The notes under the pieces were generated by a model. It made no database searches. It worked only from the letters and a program-made list of their open reading frames with translations, and was not told the origin of the DNA. DNA of 51,736 nt. It comes from Thermoplasmatota archaeon. Lineage in GTDB: Archaea; Thermoplasmatota; Poseidoniia; Poseidoniales; Thalassarchaeaceae. The position numbers were made by a program, and so were the translations under genes. Shown in pieces: positions 46,307-51,736 of this stretch (positions are counted from its first letter, which is position 1; the number at the start of each line of letters is the position of its first letter). The stretch spans positions 1-51,736 of the forward strand of contig JAYZLO010000047.1 of the NCBI GenBank assembly GCA_036154175.1. The letters are read 5' to 3'.

Positions 46307-47153
46307 CTATGAACTCAATTTTATCTGTATCGAAGTCTTCCTTTACCAGCCCAATTTCCTTTCCCCTTTCAAGAAACATCCTAACGGCCTTTCTACCATC
46401 CTCTCCATAGTCTATGGTTCTCTGGTTAACGTACATTCTTACGAATTTCTCATTAGTCTCTGAATCTATTCCTCTTCCCCATTTCTTTGCGAATTCCAAT
46501 GCCTTGTCTGGATTCGACAGCGAATACTCGATACTTTTCTTGATATCAGAAGATATGGATTCACACAATTCTATCCCGAGATCCCTCCTTACTATATTGC
46601 CTCCAAGTGGGAGAGGGAGCCCAGTTTCTTCTCTCCACCACAGGCCAAGATCGATTACTAGATCTGCACCCTCTGCTTTCCATGTTAGTTGACCTTCATG
46701 AATTATTACTCCTGCGTCTAATTCACCATTCACTACCTTTGGCAGGATCTCATCGAACGGGACCTCTACAGTCTCCACTTCACCGATAGCCAAGAGTAAT
46801 GCTAGATATGAACTGGTACTCTTACCGGGGACGGCTATCACACACTCTCTTAATTCTTCGATAGACATTTTCCTATTGGAAATTACAATTGGACCATAAC
46901 CCTCTCCCATTGAGGCCCCAGAATTCATCAACGCATATTTTTCTGAAACATTTGGAAATGAGTGTATGCTCAATGCGGATACTTCGAAATCACCGTTTTC
47001 CGCATGAGAATTGAGAGTATCGATGTCTACCAGGGCATGCTCATAGACTCTCCCCTGTGTATCGAATAATCCCTCAGTGAGTGCATGGAACATGAATGCA
47101 TCATCCGGATCGGGAGAATGCCCAATCGTAATCTTGGTACTCACTACTTCCAT
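46299..47153 (-). CDS. mqnD: 1,4-dihydroxy-6-naphthoate synthase MqnD
   Basis: ITIGHSPDPDDAFMFHAL (compare SPCPNDTF), DIDTLN and GASMGEGYGPIVIS blocks typical of MqnD. I prefer ATG 47153 over TTG 47210. Confidence 0.78.
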   Translation of the reverse strand: MEVVSTKITIGHSPDPDDAFMFHALTEGLFDTQGRVYEHALVDIDTLNSHAENGDFEVSALSIHSFPNVSEKYALMNSGASMGEGYGPIVISNRKMSIEELRECVIAVPGKSTSSYLALLLAIGEVETVEVPFDEILPKVVNGELDAGVIIHEGQLTWKAEGADLVIDLGLWWREETGLPLPLGGNIVRRDLGIELCESISSDIKKSIEYSLSNPDKALEFAKKWGRGIDSETNEKFVRMYVNQRTIDYGEDGRKAVRMFLERGKEIGLVKEDFDTDKIEFIGE

Positions 47154-47230
47154 GCGCCTTGGGATGCTATTTGGTTGAAATGCATTTGCTTTGTGATATC
47201 TGCCACGCAATCATGAATAATGATGACTGA

Positions 47231-47437
47231 ATGGGAAAAATTATGCCAGACCATAGCAAGTTATCCACTGCCTCCGGCCAATTAGGTCCAGTTTGTGCCA
47301 TTACTGGAAAAGCACTGAAGTTTTCCGAGGCTATAGTTCTGGATAATGAGTACGTATGTTGGGAGGCCTATATAGAAAAAACAGGCGCTTCTGCTTCTTC
47401 TGAGGGAAAGGAAGTAGGTGGTTTGGAATTAGATTGA
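47231..47437 (+). CDS. Small hypothetical protein
   Basis: 68-aa ORF immediately upstream of priS with no recognisable motif. Confidence 0.3.
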   Translation: MGKIMPDHSKLSTASGQLGPVCAITGKALKFSEAIVLDNEYVCWEAYIEKTGASASSEGKEVGGLELD

Positions 47438-47473
47438 TTGAAAACTTATTTCCCGACTGCAAACATAGGCATC

Positions 47474-48676
47474 ATGGCCGAGGGCTGGAGCAGGTTCGCT
47501 CTCCGATTTTCAGACTACTACGATTCTCTGCCTGTTGAATCTATTTGGGTGCCTCCAAGATTAAGAAATCGCGAATGGATGTTTATTCCTTGGGGAGGGG
47601 CTCCACCAATAAGGCATACATCTTTTCCAGACAAGACGGCTCTTCACTCATTTCTCCGTACTAGATCGCCACATTCATGCTTTCACAGTACGGCATACTA
47701 CCAAGAACCTTCAAGAAGAAAAATGGCAGAAAAGGGTTGGCTCGGGGCCGATCTTATTTTCGATTTGGACGGGGACCATCTTCCGGGTGTGAGCGATAAC
47801 GATTTTCCGTTGATGATGGAGACTATTCAAGGTCAAGCTTGGCGACTTTGGAACGAGTTCCTCGAACCAGAGTTCGGATTCAAAGAGGAACATGTGCAGA
47901 CAACTTTTTCCGGACACAGAGGATTTCACATCCATATCAGGGATCCCAAATCTATGCATCTAGATTCCAATGCTAGAAGGGAGATTGTTAACTATATTCG
48001 TGGTGAAGGCATAGATATCCAATCTACTATTCATGCTAAATCGGGCTGGGGAAATAGAGCCTTAGGTGGAATCGATTCCACTCTAGAAAAACTATCCAAA
48101 CTTTCTTCACCCGGGGAAGAAAGGGTTTCAACAACGAAGGAGCTTCATAATATCCTTACAACTAGGGCTAATTCACCAAATGTGTCATTAAGGTCAACCT
48201 CGATTTCTAGTATCGAAGAACTATCTGAGCTAGCACAGTCTCCTGATAGAATAGATAGACTGAAGGATAACCCAGAGTTAATGGTATTCGGCGAAAAATG
48301 TACGCCAATATTCTGGGAACTGGTCAAGGGCGACTCTTCCGTAGTAATGGGTACCGCTGGAGAGACTGACGAGGTAGTAACTGTAGACACAAAGAGGGTG
48401 ATTCGTTGGGTAGGTAGCCTCCATGGAAAGTCAGGTATGAGGGTAACCGAGTTTCCATTGTCACGGCTGGACCCAGATTGTGGCAATCCATTCGATCCAC
48501 TTTCGGAGGCGGTTGTATTTCGTGGCGAACCCCTTAGGGTAAACGTCGTCGTAGATGAAGCAGTAGCAAGAATCAATGACGAATCCCTCGAAATCAACGC
48601 AGGAGACCAAATCGAGGTTTCTGAATCAATGGCCATGTTTCTTTGCTTGAAAGGTTGGGCTAATCTAAGTAGTTAG
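47474..48676 (+). CDS. priS: DNA primase small (catalytic) subunit PriS
   Basis: Catalytic blocks GADLIFDLDGDH and FSGHRGFHIHI. I prefer ATG 47474 (MAEGWSRFALRFSDYY) over TTG 47438. Confidence 0.9.
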   Translation: MAEGWSRFALRFSDYYDSLPVESIWVPPRLRNREWMFIPWGGAPPIRHTSFPDKTALHSFLRTRSPHSCFHSTAYYQEPSRRKMAEKGWLGADLIFDLDGDHLPGVSDNDFPLMMETIQGQAWRLWNEFLEPEFGFKEEHVQTTFSGHRGFHIHIRDPKSMHLDSNARREIVNYIRGEGIDIQSTIHAKSGWGNRALGGIDSTLEKLSKLSSPGEERVSTTKELHNILTTRANSPNVSLRSTSISSIEELSELAQSPDRIDRLKDNPELMVFGEKCTPIFWELVKGDSSVVMGTAGETDEVVTVDTKRVIRWVGSLHGKSGMRVTEFPLSRLDPDCGNPFDPLSEAVVFRGEPLRVNVVVDEAVARINDESLEINAGDQIEVSESMAMFLCLKGWANLSS

Positions 48677-48762
48677 TCCGCATTATTGATTTCACACAAT
48701 AATTGAAGCATTGAGGATATTATTCACAGAATATTGAATAATGGTGGTCTCGGGAAGAAGAC

Positions 48763-49743
48763 GTGGTCGACCCATTGGAAGACGTAGACGCCCTCGAAGA
48801 AGCTTTGGACGAGTTACCCCCTCTACCGCCGGGAATAATGCCCCCTAGCCCTCCCAATGCACCTCCTCCACCAGAATTCGATCTCCCTCCACCAGGTCAG
48901 CCACTACCTCCACAATTCGGTCTAAATCCACAATCAGCTAGTGATGGAGACCTCTTGGATGCGGCAAGCTCTCTAGAAGACACACTCGACTCACCTCCTG
49001 TTGAGTCGCCTTCAGACTTCAAATCTGTATGGGAGATGAGGAAGACGGCGGATCCATCAATATCTAGCGATTCTAGAGATACCATATACAATCGTATCAA
49101 TAGGATATCTTCTGGCAAAGGAGACAGTTTGATGGACAGGTACGCTGATAGGTTTGGTTCCGACTTAGATAGAGAGATTATAGTGCTGAGGAAGAAAGAC
49201 CAAGATGATTTGACCTCTATCAAGCCTAAAGTAGAGCTAATCTCCACCCCGAGTAACACCGAGATGACCCTCCCCGAATTTCTTGAAGCTATGGATGATG
49301 ATGATTTTGTCAGCAGGGTTGCTGAAAAAACTGGAGTTTCAGTTGAAAAGATAGACGAGTTAGATATGGATTCTATGCAGAAATTTTTCGATAAAGCAGA
49401 TACTGACAACTCTGGGTCGTTGGATTTTGACGAATTCGTAAATTGCATTATAGACAGCTTCCGGAGTTATGATGAGGATTTCACTCATTTCTTCAATGTA
49501 GTTAACGGGCTTTTGGGAGAACTGCCTGATTCCGTTGCCAATGGTTTCATTGAGTCCGATGACTTTGAATTATTCAAAGAAATTGGTTCTGACCCGGGTT
49601 CATCGGAAGGGCCGGTTAGAGGTACTTTCTTCACGATGGTTAATGAACTGCTTGTTGACTTGCCAGAGCCGGTAATGAACAGGTTCACTGATTCGCCGGA
49701 CTTTGAATTGTACAAGTTAATTGCTGAAAGGTATGGTGAATGA
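48763..49743 (+). CDS. Acidic protein with an N-terminal polyproline tract, one canonical EF-hand loop and a C-terminal tandem repeat; unknown function
   Basis: GTG start. It contains ELPPLPPGIMPPSPPNAPPPPEFDLPPPGQPLPPQ, the EF-hand loop DTDNSGSLDFDE (49399-49434) followed by FVNCI, and two 46-aa repeats. Confidence 0.6.
   Translation: MVDPLEDVDALEEALDELPPLPPGIMPPSPPNAPPPPEFDLPPPGQPLPPQFGLNPQSASDGDLLDAASSLEDTLDSPPVESPSDFKSVWEMRKTADPSISSDSRDTIYNRINRISSGKGDSLMDRYADRFGSDLDREIIVLRKKDQDDLTSIKPKVELISTPSNTEMTLPEFLEAMDDDDFVSRVAEKTGVSVEKIDELDMDSMQKFFDKADTDNSGSLDFDEFVNCIIDSFRSYDEDFTHFFNVVNGLLGELPDSVANGFIESDDFELFKEIGSDPGSSEGPVRGTFFTMVNELLVDLPEPVMNRFTDSPDFELYKLIAERYGE
49489..49731 (+). repeat. Tandem intragenic duplication (2 x about 138 nt) encoding FF.-VN-LL-LP--V-N-F--S-DFEL(F/Y)K-I modules
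   Basis: FFNVVNGLLGELPDSVANGFIESDDFELFKEIG (from 49489) versus FFTMVNELLVDLPEPVMNRFTDSPDFELYKLIA (from 49627). The similarity is also visible at the DNA level. Confidence 0.65.
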
Positions 49744-50557
49744 GTTGGGTCTGCTAGAAAAGGCTGACCAGCTTAAGTCAGAAAAACCTACGACTGCAGC
49801 CCCTGAACCCGTGACTACTACTCCGGAGCCTAAGGCAGCCGAACCAGCTGCAGTAGCTCCTGCAAAACCTAAGAAAGAGAAGAGGAGGAGCAGACGAAGG
49901 GAGAGGAAGGCAAAGCCACCAAGAGAAAAAAAGGTCAGAGTCGCTAAGGTTCTGCCAGATGGGTTTGAAGAAGCCTCTAAAGGTCAGAAATCCCTACGAA
50001 AATTTTCTGACTTTACTATTTCATGGGGTTGGGCAGTCCCCATAATAGCTCTTTTTGCATGGGGGGCAACCTCTGACCTGACATATCTTATTCTGTTGGG
50101 GCTTTTACTAACCGTCTTCAATGTAGCAGTCATGCCTTCACAAACATCTCGAACCATGGGTAATTGGGTTAGTAGAACCACATACATCAACTCTAGCTCA
50201 GAGGTTCCGCATTTCTCGTATATTTTCCTAAAGAGCCTTACATTTCCATTAGTCCTTTTCGGCCTGATGATGTTCTTCTTCGTCCCCTCCACAGGAATTT
50301 CAACATCTGCTGGCAAGGTTTTCCTAGCATTAGGCTTATTTTCGATTCTTCCTCCATTAACCGATTACATGTTCTACAGACTGAAAAAGGATAATCTTGG
50401 GTTGTGGGATACTCTTTATGGTGGTGTATGGATGGTTCGCACAAAGAAGGCCGCTCAAGCAAAAGGCTGGCTCAAGAGGCTTGAGCAACTAGGTGATTAC
50501 ACCGAGGCCCAAGGTTGGTGGGCCGAAAAGGAAGCCGAAACCGATTCCGAAAATTAG
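49733..50557 (+). CDS. RDD-family-like membrane protein with a Pro/Ala-rich and highly basic N-terminal region
   Basis: KPKKEKRRSRRRERKAKPPREKK tract, 3-4 TM helices and GLWDTLYGGVWMVR, which resembles the C-terminal RDD-domain motif (lhD.laGT.Vv). ATG 49733 overlaps the upstream gene by 11 nt. Confidence 0.5.
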   Translation: MVNELGLLEKADQLKSEKPTTAAPEPVTTTPEPKAAEPAAVAPAKPKKEKRRSRRRERKAKPPREKKVRVAKVLPDGFEEASKGQKSLRKFSDFTISWGWAVPIIALFAWGATSDLTYLILLGLLLTVFNVAVMPSQTSRTMGNWVSRTTYINSSSEVPHFSYIFLKSLTFPLVLFGLMMFFFVPSTGISTSAGKVFLALGLFSILPPLTDYMFYRLKKDNLGLWDTLYGGVWMVRTKKAAQAKGWLKRLEQLGDYTEAQGWWAEKEAETDSEN

Positions 50558-50598
50558 CCCCTGTTGAATTAGCTCAATTTTCTGTATTTCCCACCAAA

Positions 50599-51736
50599 TC
50601 ATGCTTCATTCAACAAAATACCCCCGCTGATTAACATAATATTCAGTCCAAATATCATCAACACGGTAATAATATGGCAAAGTAATGCAAAGAGGATCTG
50701 ATGATTTCTACTTTTCATTTCGTTGTATGGGTAAATCTTCACCACCTCATCATTATTCCCCTTCATTCCAAAAACTACTCTAAAATAGGCTGCGCGCCTT
50801 GCACTCTCAAAGCATATCAATACGCCTATCAGTACCAAAATAGTGCCAATTGAAAGACCAGCATAGTAACCTATTCCAAGAAATCCGAAGATTCCGATTG
50901 GGAGGAACGTTAGGTGGAAATGTACAATGTAGGCCGGATAAACGGCTTCATTCAGATAGGAAAGCCACTTGTTGGATTTGTTGAGATATTTAGATGCCCA
51001 ACTGAAGATTAACAAGCACCAAAACCATGCATGCAGGGATTGAACGATCGTAGCGATCGTGGTATCGAGAGTGAACGGGTCGTAACCATCCTGGACCCAA
51101 CCACCTTGCATAATATTAGGTACGTTAGAAAAACCTTCCAATACACACCACAGGATTACAAGAATTGGTGTGACGATGGTGATAGGAACTCGAATCCTCT
51201 CCAAAGCTTCGTAATACTCTTCCTTAGCGGAAATCAGTAGATATCCAAACAAGAAAAACAGTAAATAGCGAGGGAATTCCCACCACATTCCTACCTCCCC
51301 AAATGCCCATGGTTTGAACAAAATCCCATTAATTGCCAGGATTATTGACGGTATCATCAGTATTCCAATTCCGTAACGAATTCTGATAATTGAACGAACG
51401 CACTCAACTATCCTTCCTTCTGGATAATTATGAACATGGGCGAATAAAGGTGATAATAGAATTGAATAAATCAGAAGATTATAGACAAACCAAAGGTGCC
51501 CATATGGCATCCCCTCCTCGCCGGGAAATATTACTAAAAAACTGAGAAGGGTTTTGAATGGCGAAAAAACCCCAAAGAAAAGGAAATATGTTACAAAAAT
51601 TAACGGAAGACCTAGTCGAACAATTCGTTCCTTGACATAGGTCTTCAAAGTCCTTTTTCTAAAAGCGAATGCCGTACCCATACCTGATATGACGAACAAG
51701 GCCGCCAACCTCCACTGGTGCATCACTCCGAGAACT
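50599..51736 (-). CDS. Acyltransferase-3 (OafA/OpgC-like) family membrane protein, 5'-truncated by the window edge
   Basis: Ten or more TM helices. The LAALFVISGMG block corresponds to the family lFFfiSG motif, which normally sits about 40 aa from the N-terminus. The frame stays open to the window end. Confidence 0.7.
   Translation of the reverse strand, partial: VLGVMHQWRLAALFVISGMGTAFAFRKRTLKTYVKERIVRLGLPLIFVTYFLFFGVFSPFKTLLSFLVIFPGEEGMPYGHLWFVYNLLIYSILLSPLFAHVHNYPEGRIVECVRSIIRIRYGIGILMIPSIILAINGILFKPWAFGEVGMWWEFPRYLLFFLFGYLLISAKEEYYEALERIRVPITIVTPILVILWCVLEGFSNVPNIMQGGWVQDGYDPFTLDTTIATIVQSLHAWFWCLLIFSWASKYLNKSNKWLSYLNEAVYPAYIVHFHLTFLPIGIFGFLGIGYYAGLSIGTILVLIGVLICFESARRAAYFRVVFGMKGNNDEVVKIYPYNEMKSRNHQILFALLCHIITVLMIFGLNIMLISGGILLNEA

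Noticed and set aside
47231-47476. The small ORF (47231-47437) is in the same frame as priS, separated only by TGA 47435-47437. I considered Sec/readthrough or an N-terminal extension of PriS.
   Set aside because: The PriS family N-terminus aligns from MAEGWSRFALRFSDYY (ATG 47474). The upstream 68 aa show no primase-like sequence. A same-frame arrangement has a 1-in-3 chance expectation, and no SECIS-like context is evident.
48145-49448. Antisense ORFs of 163 aa and 183 aa opposite priS and the EF-hand protein. Similar cases: 6633-7106, 12596-12982, 13295-13798, 30923-31408, 33935-34411, 35795-36214, 38230-38661, 45198-45602.
   Set aside because: Each lies wholly inside a motif-supported gene on the other strand and shows biased, low-complexity composition. 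I treat them as shadow ORFs.
1-51736. CRISPR arrays, IS elements/transposases, integrases, prophage genes, toxin-antitoxin pairs, rRNA/tRNA/SRP RNA/RNase P RNA
   Set aside because: No non-coding stretch exceeds about 135 nt. I saw no direct-repeat/spacer periodicity, no DDE/tyrosine-recombinase-like ORFs and no terminal inverted repeats. This was a by-eye scan only, so covariance-model searches would be needed to exclude small ncRNAs.

Overview
The window is a very gene-dense chromosomal segment of about 55 protein genes. Most intergenic gaps are under 100 nt and many gene ends overlap. The information-processing genes are unmistakably archaeal: SRP54, RFC large subunit, archaeal-type GlyRS and ProRS, TiaS, TrmY, PriS, aEF-2, uS12/uS7, and the proteasome-SBDS-exosome (Rrp4/Rrp41/Rrp42)-L37Ae-Pcc1-prefoldin 'superoperon'. 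These are mixed with bacterial- or eukaryote-like metabolic genes: TrkAH, SurE, a FadA-type thiolase, type-1 IDI, a full-length Lhr and the futalosine pathway. By inference only, this mix fits an uncultured planktonic Thermoplasmatota/Euryarchaeota lineage (MGII/MGIII-like). I found no rRNA, tRNA, CRISPR array, transposase/integrase or long non-coding stretch, so anything novel here must be protein-encoded. The main items for a second look are: (1) a half-size, eukaryote-like deoxyhypusine-hydroxylase (di-iron HEAT) homologue overlapping the mqnD stop inside a futalosine menaquinone cluster; (2) a single-ORF fusion of type-1 IPP isomerase with GGPP synthase next to isopentenyl phosphate kinase; (3) a UbiD-family decarboxylase / TPR protein / Nudix hydrolase operon; (4) a 1789-aa bacterial-type Lhr helicase with two AlkZ/YcaQ-like C-terminal modules; (5) a CoaBC gene broken by one in-frame TAA in the CoaC domain; (6) a polyproline + EF-hand + tandem-repeat protein coupled to an RDD-like membrane protein; (7) an archaeosortase-like gene next to a gmhA-gmhB-tiaS operon. 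All functional calls rest on motifs read by eye from the supplied translations. No database search was run.
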